64,000 nt of DNA from an uncultured Candidatus Saccharibacteria bacterium (GCA_964537935.1 CAZICT010000001.1:70870-134869), one strand, 5' to 3'. Positions 19,119 through 29,800 are shown, numbered from the stretch's first letter. Made by a program: numbers and translations. Notes: generated from the sequence alone by a model not told the origin.

Positions 19119-22100
19119 ATGATACGACGCTATTCACACGGAACAAACATTGCTGACTTTGATGCAGTACGCCTCGCGGTTGCCAGCGCAGAAGACATTC
19201 TGGACTGGAGCCACGGCGAAGTAACAAAGCCGGAAACAATCAATTACCGTACACAAAAACCTGAACGAGACGGACTGTTTTGTGAACGGATATTTGGCCC
19301 TGTTAAAGATATAAATCCGCACGACGCAAAGTATAAAGGCGTGCGCTCCCGCGAAGCAGCGGTTGATAAAAAAGGTGAGATCGTTACCAAATCAATCGTT
19401 CGTCGTGAACGCATGGGTCATATTTCGCTAGCATCACCAGTGGCTCATATCTGGTTCTTGCGCGGAACACCTTCGGCAATTGGACTATTGCTTGGTTTGA
19501 CAGTCAAGAACCTGGAGCGCGTGGCTTACTTTGCAAGCTACATAATCAAATCTGTGGACACCGAAAAGCGTGACCAAATGCTGGCTGATAAAGAGGCTGA
19601 ATTCGCAGCCGCTCAAGAAGCCATAAAAGCTCGTTATGAAGCTGAGGCACAGAAGGAAGAAGCCAACCTTAAGGCACTGGCAGAGATGCAAACCAAAGAG
19701 CTCGAAGAAGTTTCAAGCGAATTCGAAACACTCAAGGAGCAGCTTACCTCACTGGAACGACTCAATCTTATTTCCGAAAATCAATATCGCGAGCTTCCTG
19801 ATGAAGTCCAGGACCTTATAGAGGTTGGCATGGGAGGCGCAGCGCTTAAGGACCTGCTTGACACGGTTGACCTGACAGAGCTGATCAGTAAATTAACAGA
19901 GGAATCCGAAGATGCCAAGGGTCAACGCAAGAAGAAGCTCATGAAGCGCTTGCGTTTACTGGAAAGTATGCAACGGGCCGGCATCAAGCCTAACAGCATG
20001 TGCTTATCGGTCTTACCGGTAATTCCTCCGGATCTTCGACCGATGGTGCAGCTCACCGGTGGCCGGTTTGCAACCAGCGACTTGAATGATCTTTACCGTC
20101 GTGTCATTAACCGCAACAACCGCCTTAAAAAGCTGATCGAACTAAACGCCCCGGAAGTCATTCGCCGCAATGAACAACGAATGCTCCAGGAAGCAGTAGA
20201 CGCTTTGATCGACAACAACAATGCCCGCAGCGGACGTGCAGTGGCCGCAACCGGTCAGCGCCGACGCCTGAAGTCTCTCAGCGATATGCTGAAAGGTAAG
20301 CAAGGCCGTTTCCGCCAGAACCTGCTCGGTAAGCGCGTTGACTATTCAGGGCGCTCAGTCATCGTTGCCGGACCGGAACTAAAAATCAACCAGTGTGGTC
20401 TTCCTAAGATGATGGCCCTTGAACTCTTCAAACCATTCGTTATAGGACACCTGATAAGTAACGATTACGCACATAATATCCGTTCCGCTACCCGCATGAT
20501 AGAGACTGGCGAAACAGCTGTCTGGGACGCGCTTGACGAAGTCATTAAGGGTAAATACGTACTGCTTAACCGCGCTCCAAGTCTGCACCGACTTTCAATC
20601 CAAGCTTTTCAGCCCGTGCTGATTGAGGGTAAAGCAATTCAATTGCACCCATTAGTTTGTAAAGGCTTTAATGCTGACTTTGACGGTGACCAGATGGCTG
20701 TCCACCTTCCGCTTTCAGATGAGGCTCAGACAGAAGCCAGAGAAATCATGGCCGCCAATCGTAACCTGCTTAAGCCGGCTGACGGTTCGCCGATTCTTCA
20801 TATTGATCAAGACATCGTGCTTGGCTGTTACTTCTTGACGTACCACCGACCGGGACTGAGCAAAGAATACAAACCTTTTGCAGATATTAATGAAGCGCTG
20901 ATGGCCTACGATGCCGGCAAAATTAAACTTCAAAGCCGGGTTAGGTTGCCATTCCGCAATCAAGTCAGAGAAACTACTTTGGGACGATTGCTGTTTAACG
21001 AGCTTTTCCCGGAAGACTTCCCATTCCAGGACGAAGCAATGACCAAGAAAAAATTGCAGTCAACCCTGGCCGTTGCCTATCAATATTATGGTCAGGAAAG
21101 AACGGCAGCTATAGCAGACGCCTTAAAAGACTTAGGCTTTGATTACGCTACCAAGTCCGGACTGAGCATGGGCATGGACGACTTCAGTGACATTGAAGGT
21201 CTATCTGAGATCGTCGAAGCCGGAGAAAAGCGTTCAGCTGAAATAAGTGAACAGTTTGAGCAAGGCTTCATTACAGAAGAAGAACGTCGACGACTGACAG
21301 TTGAAACCTGGATGGAAACTGATGCTACAGTTCAAAAGACTCTTTCCGAGCAATTCGCCGATGAAGACAGTTCTATGTCAATCGCTGTAGTGTCGGGTGC
21401 TCGTGGTAATATCGGTCAGGTTAAGACTGCCGTAGGTATGCTAGGTGTAACCACCGATGCAACCGGACGGGCTATTGAGCTTCCAATTCGCTCTAACTAT
21501 AAGGTCGGTTTGATGCCTCTTGAGTACTTTACCGCCACTCGTGGAGCCCGAAAGGGTATGATCGACACCGCACTGAAAACCGCTGACTCGGGCTACTTGA
21601 CCCGTCGCCTGGTTGATGTGGCACAAGATGTGTTCACGATCGATGGAGAGGATAATGATCCTGGCTTTGCGCTAAACCGTGAAGATTCCGAATACATCGG
21701 CGTATCATTTGGCGAAAGACTTGAAGGACGCTATGCCGCCGAAAATGTTAACGGACACGTCAAGCGAGGTGAACTCATTAATAATGAGATAGCCAAAGCG
21801 ATTGATGCAGACGAAAATATAACCAGCGTCAAAATTATGAGCGTTCTTAGCGCTACATCGGTACATGGCGTACCACGTAAATCGTATGGTATTGACCCGG
21901 CTACAGGTGACCTTATAGCCGATCATCATCCGGTAGGCGTCATCGCGGCCCAAAGTATCGGTGAGCCTGGAACGCAGTTAACGCTTCGTACCTTCCACAG
22001 TGGTGGTTCGGCGGTCGCCGAAGATATTACCCAGGGTTTGCCGCGTGTTGAGGAACTGTTCGAAGTTCGTACACCTAAAGGTCAGGCATATCTAAGCGAC

Positions 22101-22925
22101 ATCGCCGGTACCGTAACGGTGTGGGAGGAAGGCGATCATTACATCGTTCAAGTTTCTGCCGAAGATCAGGAGAATGTTGAACTAGCTATCGAAGACCGGC
22201 AGGCGCGGGTCGAGAACGGCACTTCTGTTGCCATCGGTGATGTCCTGGCAGAGGAAGAAAACGGTGCCAATCCGTTAATTTCACCGATTGCCGGCAAGGT
22301 CAAGGTCACCAAAAAGGCTATAACCGTGACACCTACCAGCAAGAGTGTTGAACGTTACGAAATCCCAGGCTATAAGCAACTACTTGTCAAAGATGGCGAC
22401 ACAGTGGTTGCCGGCCAGCGGCTGACAAACGGTTCGATCAACCTGCATGAGTTGATGAGACTCCAAGGAGTTGAAGCGACACAGCGTTACATCATGAATG
22501 AAGTGCTTCGCATCTTTGCTTCACAAGGCCAGAATATCGCCGATAAACACCTGGAAATCATAGTTCGCCAGATGTTCTCACGCGTTCAAATCGAAGATGC
22601 CGGAGACACCGAATTCGTAACAGGTGACATCGTTTCCAAGCTGGCAGTAGTTAAGGCGAATGAACAGCTGATGGAATCTGGAAAGCAACCAGCTAAGTTT
22701 AACCAGCTTCTACTTGGTATCACTAAGGCTAGCCTCTCAACAGACTCGTTCTTGAGCGCCGCATCATTCCAGGACACGACACGTGTATTGATTGCGGCAG
22801 CTACCAGTGGTAAGGTGGATCACCTCTATGGACTCAAAGAGAACGTTATCTTAGGTCGTCGCATCCCGGTAGGAACCGGTTATTTGCCGGACAAGGATAA
22901 CGATGGCTTCTCTGACGTAGATTAG
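19119..22925 (+). CDS. rpoC: DNA-directed RNA polymerase subunit beta'
   Basis: 1268 aa; NADFDGDQMAVH catalytic motif; start abuts rpoB stop (TAAATG). Confidence 0.97.
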   Translation: MIRRYSHGTNIADFDAVRLAVASAEDILDWSHGEVTKPETINYRTQKPERDGLFCERIFGPVKDINPHDAKYKGVRSREAAVDKKGEIVTKSIVRRERMGHISLASPVAHIWFLRGTPSAIGLLLGLTVKNLERVAYFASYIIKSVDTEKRDQMLADKEAEFAAAQEAIKARYEAEAQKEEANLKALAEMQTKELEEVSSEFETLKEQLTSLERLNLISENQYRELPDEVQDLIEVGMGGAALKDLLDTVDLTELISKLTEESEDAKGQRKKKLMKRLRLLESMQRAGIKPNSMCLSVLPVIPPDLRPMVQLTGGRFATSDLNDLYRRVINRNNRLKKLIELNAPEVIRRNEQRMLQEAVDALIDNNNARSGRAVAATGQRRRLKSLSDMLKGKQGRFRQNLLGKRVDYSGRSVIVAGPELKINQCGLPKMMALELFKPFVIGHLISNDYAHNIRSATRMIETGETAVWDALDEVIKGKYVLLNRAPSLHRLSIQAFQPVLIEGKAIQLHPLVCKGFNADFDGDQMAVHLPLSDEAQTEAREIMAANRNLLKPADGSPILHIDQDIVLGCYFLTYHRPGLSKEYKPFADINEALMAYDAGKIKLQSRVRLPFRNQVRETTLGRLLFNELFPEDFPFQDEAMTKKKLQSTLAVAYQYYGQERTAAIADALKDLGFDYATKSGLSMGMDDFSDIEGLSEIVEAGEKRSAEISEQFEQGFITEEERRRLTVETWMETDATVQKTLSEQFADEDSSMSIAVVSGARGNIGQVKTAVGMLGVTTDATGRAIELPIRSNYKVGLMPLEYFTATRGARKGMIDTALKTADSGYLTRRLVDVAQDVFTIDGEDNDPGFALNREDSEYIGVSFGERLEGRYAAENVNGHVKRGELINNEIAKAIDADENITSVKIMSVLSATSVHGVPRKSYGIDPATGDLIADHHPVGVIAAQSIGEPGTQLTLRTFHSGGSAVAEDITQGLPRVEELFEVRTPKGQAYLSDIAGTVTVWEEGDHYIVQVSAEDQENVELAIEDRQARVENGTSVAIGDVLAEEENGANPLISPIAGKVKVTKKAITVTPTSKSVERYEIPGYKQLLVKDGDTVVAGQRLTNGSINLHELMRLQGVEATQRYIMNEVLRIFASQGQNIADKHLEIIVRQMFSRVQIEDAGDTEFVTGDIVSKLAVVKANEQLMESGKQPAKFNQLLLGITKASLSTDSFLSAASFQDTTRVLIAAATSGKVDHLYGLKENVILGRRIPVGTGYLPDKDNDGFSDVD

Positions 22926-22927
22926 GC

Positions 22928-22956
22928 TTGCAAAATACTTCCGTATCTGTTAAAGT
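22928..22956 (+). promoter_or_regulatory. Promoter of the str operon
   Basis: TTGCAA-N17-TAAAGT with extended -10 (cTGtTAAAGT); ~110-nt leader with hairpin gtgcgac...gtcgcac. Confidence 0.6.
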
Positions 22957-23068
22957 CAAAGTTTGTAAAAATAAGTAATCCGAGCGGGTGAATTTTGGGG
23001 TGCGACAGGGTTGGCACTCGTCGCACGTCTCACCAATGCAGCAGATTACACCTAAATAAGGAGAAGTA

Positions 23069-23479
23069 ATGCCAACAATTAATCAATTAGTGCGCAAAGG
23101 ACGCGGAACCAAAGCCAAGGGCTCTAATTCACCGCACCTGCACCGCGTGGTCAACAACTTAAAGACCACCAAATATGAAAAGCCTGCCCCGTTCAAGCGC
23201 GGAGTATGCGTTAAAGTTACTACCAAAACACCGAAGAAGCCGAACTCGGCACTTCGTAAGGTGGCGCGTGTACGCTTGAACAACGGACATGAGGTTTGGG
23301 CTTATATCGGTGGAGAAGGTCATAATCTTCAGGAGCACGCAGTTGTGATGGTTCGCGGCGGTCGTGTAAAAGACCTTCCTGGTGTACGCTATCACATCGT
23401 TCGCGGCGCTCTTGACCTCCAAGGCGTAAATAATCGTAAGCAAGGCCGCTCCAAGTACGGCACCAAGAAAGAGGGCTAA
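23069..23479 (+). CDS. rpsL: 30S ribosomal protein S12 (uS12)
   Basis: [12 protein letters not shown]..., PNSALRKV motif. Confidence 0.97.
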   Translation: MPTINQLVRKGRGTKAKGSNSPHLHRVVNNLKTTKYEKPAPFKRGVCVKVTTKTPKKPNSALRKVARVRLNNGHEVWAYIGGEGHNLQEHAVVMVRGGRVKDLPGVRYHIVRGALDLQGVNNRKQGRSKYGTKKEG

Positions 23480-23482
23480 GCG

Positions 23483-23962
23483 ATGCCTAGGAAAGTAACT
23501 AAGTCTCTAGTCCGACAAGTCCAACCAGATCGAATATATAACAGCGTTATGGTAACCAAGCTTATCAACCGCGTCATGCTTGACGGTAAAAAACAGGTTG
23601 CTGAACGATTGGTATATAACGGTATGCAGAAAGCTGCTGACAAACTTAAAGTGCAAAATCCGCTTGATGTATTTGAACAGGCGCTTGCAAACGTACGCCC
23701 ACAAGTCGAAACGCGTTCGCGCCGAGTAGGTGGTGCAAACTATCAAATTCCGTTTGAAGTCAAAGGCCAGCGCCAAAATCATCTGACAATTATGTGGTTC
23801 GTTGCAGCTGCCCGGGCCCGTAAAGGCATGAGTATGGAAGACCGGATCGCGTTAGAGCTGGTTGACGCATACAACAACACCGGTACGGCAGTAAAAAAAC
23901 GCGAAGATACTCATAAAATGGCAGAAGCCAACCGCGCCTTTGCCCACTTCGCGAGGTACTAG
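23483..23962 (+). CDS. rpsG: 30S ribosomal protein S7 (uS7)
   Basis: Translation recognisable as uS7; follows rpsL. Confidence 0.96.
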   Translation: MPRKVTKSLVRQVQPDRIYNSVMVTKLINRVMLDGKKQVAERLVYNGMQKAADKLKVQNPLDVFEQALANVRPQVETRSRRVGGANYQIPFEVKGQRQNHLTIMWFVAAARARKGMSMEDRIALELVDAYNNTGTAVKKREDTHKMAEANRAFAHFARY

Positions 23963-24232
23963 ATGTCGTTTGTCACATCTGGAAGAGCAGATCAACCAAT
24001 TACTGCAGCTCAGCGTGAGCAGTTAACCGCAATAGATATACTTAACTCTGCACCATTATTTGATGATGCAGAAATACCATTAGAACAAGCAACTGATGCG
24101 TTAAGGTATCGCCCTGTCAATCTTGACGAATTAAGCACCTGTGTTATAAGAACTATTGTCTATAATTCATACGGTAGTTGTATCACAGGCTCTAGTGCAC
24201 ATGATTTCGAAAAGTATGAGCATGGAAGTTAG
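23963..24232 (+). CDS. Hypothetical 89-aa protein inserted between rpsG and fusA
   Basis: ATG directly abuts the rpsG TAG stop; no family recognised. Confidence 0.45.
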   Translation: MSFVTSGRADQPITAAQREQLTAIDILNSAPLFDDAEIPLEQATDALRYRPVNLDELSTCVIRTIVYNSYGSCITGSSAHDFEKYEHGS

Positions 24233-24500
24233 AACAACTCATATCCCTCACCATTTACAAACAAGAGATTCTGGTTCGCGCTGGTGTGGCGGCACAGAAC
24301 CACCTACAGAAGTAATCCATAATCCCGTAACTGACGAACTCACGGTCGAGATATTACCGGTAGGATCAAATAATCATGTCGGTGAAGTGATACAACCAAG
24401 TTCAGCTGTAGAGTTTCATACCGATAAGGGACTTGTACTCAACCAAGATAATGTAAGTGAGTTCGCGATAAAGGCACTGAAATCTAAAGGAACTATATAA
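24216..24500 (+). CDS. Hypothetical ~94-aa protein inserted between rpsG and fusA
   Basis: ORF open from 24156; ATGs at 24216/24222 overlap the end of the preceding ORF; ends 14 nt before fusA. Confidence 0.45.
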   Translation: MSMEVRTTHIPHHLQTRDSGSRWCGGTEPPTEVIHNPVTDELTVEILPVGSNNHVGEVIQPSSAVEFHTDKGLVLNQDNVSEFAIKALKSKGTI

Positions 24501-24514
24501 GTAAGGAAGATATT

Positions 24515-26596
24515 ATGGCAGCAGCAAAATATGATATAGGAAAGATAAGAAACATTGGGATTATCGCGCACATTGACGCCGGTAAGACCACCACGACCGA
24601 AGGTATCCTGTACCGAACCGGCATCAAGCACAAGATTGGTACGACTCACGAAGGCGAGACCACGACTGACTGGATGGCCCAGGAACGTGAACGAGGAATC
24701 ACTATCGTTTCTGCCGCTGTGACTTGTTATTGGAAGGACCATCAGATAAACATTATTGATACACCGGGACACATTGACTTTACGGTTGAAGTGGAGCGCA
24801 GTTTGCGTGTTCTTGACGGTGCAGTTGTTGTCTTTGACGGCAAAATGGGTGTTGAATCACAGAGTGAAACCGTATGGCGACAGGCCGACAAATACGGTGT
24901 TCCACGTATCTGCTTTATTAATAAGATCAATCAGACCGGTGGGGATTTTTATAAATCACTAGAATCAATCCATAACCGTTTGAACAAACACGCTTTTCCT
25001 ATTCACCTGCCAATCGGTTTTGAGCAGGGCATCAATGGTGTAGTCGACCTAATTACCATGAAGGCGTACACCTACAATGAATTCACCGACAAAAACCTCC
25101 AGGTTGGCGAGATTCCGGAAGACATGCTTGAAAAAGCTAAGCGTTACCGCAGCCTGCTGATCGAAAACGCTGTCTCTGAAGACGAAACTATGCTTGAGCG
25201 GTACCTCGAGGTTGGCGAAGAAGGCATGACCGAAGATGAGATCCGTCACGCCGTCCGTTATGCCGTACTATCAGGAAACTTCTTCGCAGTTACCGGCGGT
25301 GATGGCCGCGGTGTTATTGTTGAAAAAGTACTTGATATGATTACCGACCTGCTGCCAAGTCCTGAAGAGCGTGGCAGCACCTGGGGAACCCACCCGAAGT
25401 CCGGTGATGAGATTGAGCGCAAACCGACTGATAGCGAGCCGTTTGCTGGATTGGCTTTCAAGATCGCTACAGACCCATTCGTAGGAAAACTTGCCTATTT
25501 CCGTGTTTATTCAGGAAAAATCAAATCAGGTTCATACGTATTAAATAGTTCAACCGGTACCAAAGAACGCGTGGGGCGAATTGTCCGCATGCAAGCCGAT
25601 AAGCGTGAAGATGTAGAAGAAGTAAGTGCGGGTGACATCGCCGCTATCGTCGGCCTTAAGGGTACCACGACCGGTAACACATTGTGCGACCTTAATGATT
25701 CTATCGTTTTGGAGAGCATTACATTCCCTGAGCCGCCAGTTTCAATCGCGATTGAACCCAAGACTAAAAGCGACCAAGAAAAGATGTCGCTAGCCCTGCA
25801 GCGTCTTTCAGAAGAAGATCCGACTTTCCGGATACGTGTCGACGACGAAACGGGACAGACCGTAATTTCCGGTATGGGTGAATTACACCTTGAGATTCTA
25901 GTTGATCGTATGAAGCGCGAGTTCAACGTTGAAGCGAACATTGGTGCGCCGCAGGTTGCATACCGTGAAACCATTCGCAAAGATGGTGTCGAAGCTGAAG
26001 GTAAATTCATTCGTCAAAGTGGTGGCCGTGGTCAATACGGTCACGTATGGCTACGCCTTAGTCAGAACGAAACCGGTAAAGGTTTTGAGTTTATCGACTC
26101 CATCAAAGGCGGCGTCGTGCCAAGTGAATACGTACCGGCTGTACGCAAAGGTATTGAAGAGGCTATGACAAGTGGTGTTGTCGCCGGCTATCCGGTCGTA
26201 GACATTAAGGTAGAGCTGTATGACGGTAGCTACCACGATGTTGACTCATCAGAAATGGCCTTTAGTGCTGCCGGTTCAATCGGTTTCAAAGAAGGTATGA
26301 AGAAAGCCGGTCCTGTGCTACTGGAACCAGTCATGAAGGTTGTCGTTGTCACACCTGAAGAATTCATGGGTGATGTCATCGGTGATCTTAACGCCAAGCG
26401 AGGTCGGATCGATTCTATGGAAGACCTGTCCTCAGGTGTTAAAGAAATTACCGGCTACGTACCGTTAGCTGAAATGTTCGGTTATACCACCAACCTTCGT
26501 TCAATGACCCAAGGTCGGGCCAGCTCAAGCATGGAGCTGGATCACTATGCAGACGTACCTAGCCACATTGCCGAAGCCATAGCCGCCAAAAAATAA
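24515..26596 (+). CDS. fusA: Elongation factor G
   Basis: 693 aa; [22 protein letters not shown]-motifs. Confidence 0.97.
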   Translation: MAAAKYDIGKIRNIGIIAHIDAGKTTTTEGILYRTGIKHKIGTTHEGETTTDWMAQERERGITIVSAAVTCYWKDHQINIIDTPGHIDFTVEVERSLRVLDGAVVVFDGKMGVESQSETVWRQADKYGVPRICFINKINQTGGDFYKSLESIHNRLNKHAFPIHLPIGFEQGINGVVDLITMKAYTYNEFTDKNLQVGEIPEDMLEKAKRYRSLLIENAVSEDETMLERYLEVGEEGMTEDEIRHAVRYAVLSGNFFAVTGGDGRGVIVEKVLDMITDLLPSPEERGSTWGTHPKSGDEIERKPTDSEPFAGLAFKIATDPFVGKLAYFRVYSGKIKSGSYVLNSSTGTKERVGRIVRMQADKREDVEEVSAGDIAAIVGLKGTTTGNTLCDLNDSIVLESITFPEPPVSIAIEPKTKSDQEKMSLALQRLSEEDPTFRIRVDDETGQTVISGMGELHLEILVDRMKREFNVEANIGAPQVAYRETIRKDGVEAEGKFIRQSGGRGQYGHVWLRLSQNETGKGFEFIDSIKGGVVPSEYVPAVRKGIEEAMTSGVVAGYPVVDIKVELYDGSYHDVDSSEMAFSAAGSIGFKEGMKKAGPVLLEPVMKVVVVTPEEFMGDVIGDLNAKRGRIDSMEDLSSGVKEITGYVPLAEMFGYTTNLRSMTQGRASSSMELDHYADVPSHIAEAIAAKK

Positions 26597-26610
26597 ATTA
26601 CTGCGCAATA

Positions 26611-26832
26611 ATGCCACCTGTTAACAGTGATATCACGAAAAATTACCCTAACATATACGCTTCAGCCGAATGTTTCAGGGATTGTCCGAAGCTTCAGGGT
26701 GTGATGAGTGATGAGACTCAGGATATAGCCGCATGTGAAAGGCAGAGACCACCGTTGATATTGCCCGGAACCCGTTGCGGCATAATAATGATTCCGGTTA
26801 ATGAAAACAGTCGCCGTGCCGACGAAGCTTAA
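26611..26832 (+). CDS. Hypothetical 73-aa Cys-containing ORF in fusA-tuf spacer
   Basis: ORF only; competes with antisense ORF 26662-26868; no SD seen. Confidence 0.2.
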   Translation: MPPVNSDITKNYPNIYASAECFRDCPKLQGVMSDETQDIAACERQRPPLILPGTRCGIIMIPVNENSRRADEA

Positions 26833-26887
26833 ACTCAAGGTAAAATTTCTCGCTTCATCAATTAACAAAAGCCAGTAATATCGACTG

Positions 26888-27094
26888 GTGGAAAAAGATG
26901 CCAGTGAAGATTTATATACAGTAGGGTTGATGAGTACTTCCAGCCGTTGTCACAGGTGTAAGGTCATTGACGGATTGATTGACGAAGCGGTTTCACAAAT
27001 GAACCGTGTACCTCCGGATTCAAGAAAAACACCGGCCCGCTACAGAGTAGACATAGATTGCAAAAACGGCCCCCATGAGGAATATTACCCGTGA
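26888..27094 (+). CDS. Hypothetical 68-aa ORF (CHRC...C...H) in fusA-tuf spacer
   Basis: GTG start, ORF only. Confidence 0.2.
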   Translation: MEKDASEDLYTVGLMSTSSRCHRCKVIDGLIDEAVSQMNRVPPDSRKTPARYRVDIDCKNGPHEEYYP

Positions 27095-27233
27095 AAAATA
27101 CATTTGCAGTGCGGTTGGTTCATTGTGTATAGAATCCGATAATCGTGAAGTCATTACGTATACTGATGTCAACGACATACGCAATGACATAGAAGTCGGC
27201 CCACCAGATAGGTAATTAACTCCTTAAATTTGC

Positions 27234-27262
27234 TTTACATAACGCTTATTGTGCTCTATAAT
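27234..27262 (+). promoter_or_regulatory. Sigma70-type promoter for tuf
   Basis: TTTACA-N17-TATAAT; ~80-nt leader, SD aggag before ATG 27351. Confidence 0.6.
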
Positions 27263-27350
27263 ATTCGGGTATCTCGCGTGAGGGCTTTGCTCATAATGCA
27301 ATATGGATCGCGGACATATTACAATTAACTAACCTATAGGAGTAACTCTT

Positions 27351-28535
27351 ATGGCAGGAACATTTGACCGAAGTAAGCCGCATGTGAACGTCGGTACTAT
27401 GGGTCACGTTGACCACGGTAAAACCAGTTTGACTGCAGCTATCACCCTAACACTATCTAAGCGCCTTCCAAGCGACGTCAATAAGGCAATCGCGTATGAC
27501 CAGATTGACAACGCTCCAGAAGAAAAGCAGCGTGGGATTACCATTGCTACATCTCACCAGGAATATGAGTCAGAAAAGCGTCACTACGCTCACGTCGACA
27601 TGCCTGGACACGCCGACTACGTTAAGAACATGATTACCGGTGCTGCTCAGATCGACGGTGCTATTTTGGTTGTATCAGCAGCTGACGGCCCTATGCCTCA
27701 AACCCGTGAACACGTACTGCTTGCCAAGCAGGTAGGTGTTCCAAGCATCCTTGTTTTCATGAACAAGATGGACCTTGCTGATCCTGAATTGGTTGAGCTA
27801 GTTGAAATGGACATCCGTGAACTGCTTGCTAAGTATGAATTCGATGAAAACTGTCCTATTGTTAAAGGTTCTGCTACTAAAGCCATTGAAGGCGACGAAG
27901 CAAACATGGACGCTGTCATGGAGCTTGTTAAGGCTATGGATGACTACATTCCGGAACCGACTCGTGATTTGGACAAGTCATTCATGATGGCTATCGAAGA
28001 CGTCTTTTCAATCAAAGGTCGCGGTACTGTAGCTACCGGCCGTATTGAGCAAGGTGTCGTGAAGGTTAACGATGAAGTCGAAATCATCGGCGTTCGACCT
28101 ACTCAGAAATCAGTCGTTACCGGTATTGAGATGTTTAAGAAGAGCCTTGACCAAGGTCAGGCTGGCGACAACGCTGGTATTTTGCTACGCGGTATTGAGC
28201 GCGAAGACATCGAACGAGGTCAGGTTTTGGCCAAGCCAGGTTCAATTACCCCTCACACTGAGTTTGAAGCTGAAGTTTATATTCTTACTAAAGAAGAAGG
28301 TGGACGACACACCCCATTCTTTAAGGGATACAAGCCACAGTTCTACTTCCGAACTACTGACGTAACCGGTGAAGTTGAGCTTCCAGCTGACAAAGAAATG
28401 GTCATGCCCGGTGACACAATAAGCTTTAAGGTCAAGCTTTTGCAACCGATTGCCATGGACCAAGGTTTGCGTTTCGCTATCCGTGAAGGTGGTCGTACGG
28501 TTGGCGCCGGTGTTGTTACAAAGATCAACAAATAA
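27351..28535 (+). CDS. tuf: Elongation factor Tu
   Basis: 394 aa; [21 protein letters not shown]. Confidence 0.98.
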   Translation: MAGTFDRSKPHVNVGTMGHVDHGKTSLTAAITLTLSKRLPSDVNKAIAYDQIDNAPEEKQRGITIATSHQEYESEKRHYAHVDMPGHADYVKNMITGAAQIDGAILVVSAADGPMPQTREHVLLAKQVGVPSILVFMNKMDLADPELVELVEMDIRELLAKYEFDENCPIVKGSATKAIEGDEANMDAVMELVKAMDDYIPEPTRDLDKSFMMAIEDVFSIKGRGTVATGRIEQGVVKVNDEVEIIGVRPTQKSVVTGIEMFKKSLDQGQAGDNAGILLRGIEREDIERGQVLAKPGSITPHTEFEAEVYILTKEEGGRHTPFFKGYKPQFYFRTTDVTGEVELPADKEMVMPGDTISFKVKLLQPIAMDQGLRFAIREGGRTVGAGVVTKINK

Positions 28536-28551
28536 AGTTGATAAACACCAA

Positions 28552-28586
28552 AAAAGCCCTTACTTCAAGTAGGGGCTTTTTGTTTT
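28552..28586 (+). terminator. Rho-independent terminator after tuf
   Basis: aaaagcccttact-tca-agtaggggctttt followed by tgtttt. Confidence 0.75.
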
Positions 28587-28696
28587 GACTCGGGGCTTTG
28601 ACAATCAGCCCTATACATAGTATTGTCAGCACTAATCGCATCGATAGCGTAGCTTCGGTCTTTAAAGAGTAATTTATTAAATGGTATTCTGTGTTA

Positions 28697-29281
28697 ATGT
28701 TTAAGTTGGTTAAATCAAGAAAATATTTAGTGATTCTCTGCATAGTTTTAGTTGGGATAGCAGGAATTATTTCGTTCGATTTTTATACATACCAGCGCAG
28801 TGGTAACTCTGTTTTATTCGGGAGGCAAGAAGTGCCGGCCGCAGAAACAAACCTGGATGACCTTTCTATCGATGCAGTGCATATCGATACCAAGCCGCTC
28901 AAGTCCAGCATACCGTCTGAATGCCATAGCGTAACACCGGAATTTCATCCTGATGTATCAGAAGAACTCAAACAATGTTTAAATTCGGTCGAACAGCAGA
29001 ACGATAAGAACAATCAGCAGACGAAAAAAGAAACAACCATACGTTTTGAACTGGAAAACAACACTAAAAAACCCATAAACACCAAAGATTACACTATTCA
29101 GATACCTGAAGGGGCCGATATAACTGACCCGGTTATCTCTTTGCCTGAGGTAATTCCTCCCGGAGAAAAACGTGAAGGGCTCATAAAAGGCCTGGTAGGC
29201 GAGGTGCAAGACTCGCTTTTAGACCTTAAAGTCCAAAAAAACAAAGATAATTCACTGCTTAAATTAGACTTGGGATTATAG
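28697..29281 (+). CDS. Hypothetical N-terminally membrane-anchored protein
   Basis: ORF from GTG 28691 / ATG 28697; basic N-terminus + TM (YLVILCIVLVGIAGIISF); extended -10 aTGgTATTCT 6 nt upstream. Confidence 0.55.
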   Translation: MFKLVKSRKYLVILCIVLVGIAGIISFDFYTYQRSGNSVLFGRQEVPAAETNLDDLSIDAVHIDTKPLKSSIPSECHSVTPEFHPDVSEELKQCLNSVEQQNDKNNQQTKKETTIRFELENNTKKPINTKDYTIQIPEGADITDPVISLPEVIPPGEKREGLIKGLVGEVQDSLLDLKVQKNKDNSLLKLDLGL

Positions 29282-29351
29282 CTCAACAAATTTTGAAAAT
29301 TGTTACGGTTTGTCGTACATTGTTAGCAAAGCAACTACAGAAAGGGCTGTA

Positions 29352-29603
29352 ATGGCCATTTACGGTGACAGGTTAACCAATCCTCAGCAGGCCGAAGAAA
29401 CAAGACCTCAGTCAGTGCGTGTCGATATAATTAACCCTGATACCGGAGTATGCGAAGCGTCTTTATCGCAAACGACTTTCAACCAAGATGAACGGTTCAA
29501 AAAAGATGTTTTTCTGGAATCACTCGGCAATGCAATATTAAGAGCTTTGCCTGACGGTGGAAGAATCACGATTGAGTTAACGCAAAGCCCTCAGGACAAT
29601 TAA
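29352..29603 (+). CDS. Hypothetical small protein (83 aa from ATG; 97 aa from TTG at 29310)
   Basis: ORF only; no family recognised. Confidence 0.4.
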   Translation: MAIYGDRLTNPQQAEETRPQSVRVDIINPDTGVCEASLSQTTFNQDERFKKDVFLESLGNAILRALPDGGRITIELTQSPQDN

Positions 29604-29644
29604 TTATTTTGTAGCTGATTAATATGGCGGGAAGTAGACGAAAG

Positions 29645-29653
29645 TGCTATAAT
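29645..29653 (+). promoter_or_regulatory. Extended -10 promoter (gTGcTATAAT) for rpsJ
   Basis: Followed by ~140-nt structured leader. Confidence 0.55.
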
Positions 29654-29800
29654 TCAGTTCGTAAATTAATCGTGGTGACTAAAAGTCGTTGAATATGCTC
29701 TCTATAGCAACTCAGAGATGTTACACCGCAAAAGAATAGATAGCAGTCAGCAGGATACTGCTTACTAAACATCTATTCGCCGACTGAAAGGAGTCGATAA

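Noticed and set aside
24416-24772. 118-aa minus-strand ORF across the fusA start
   Set aside because: It is antisense to the EF-G G-domain and to the fusA SD region. It is a shadow ORF.
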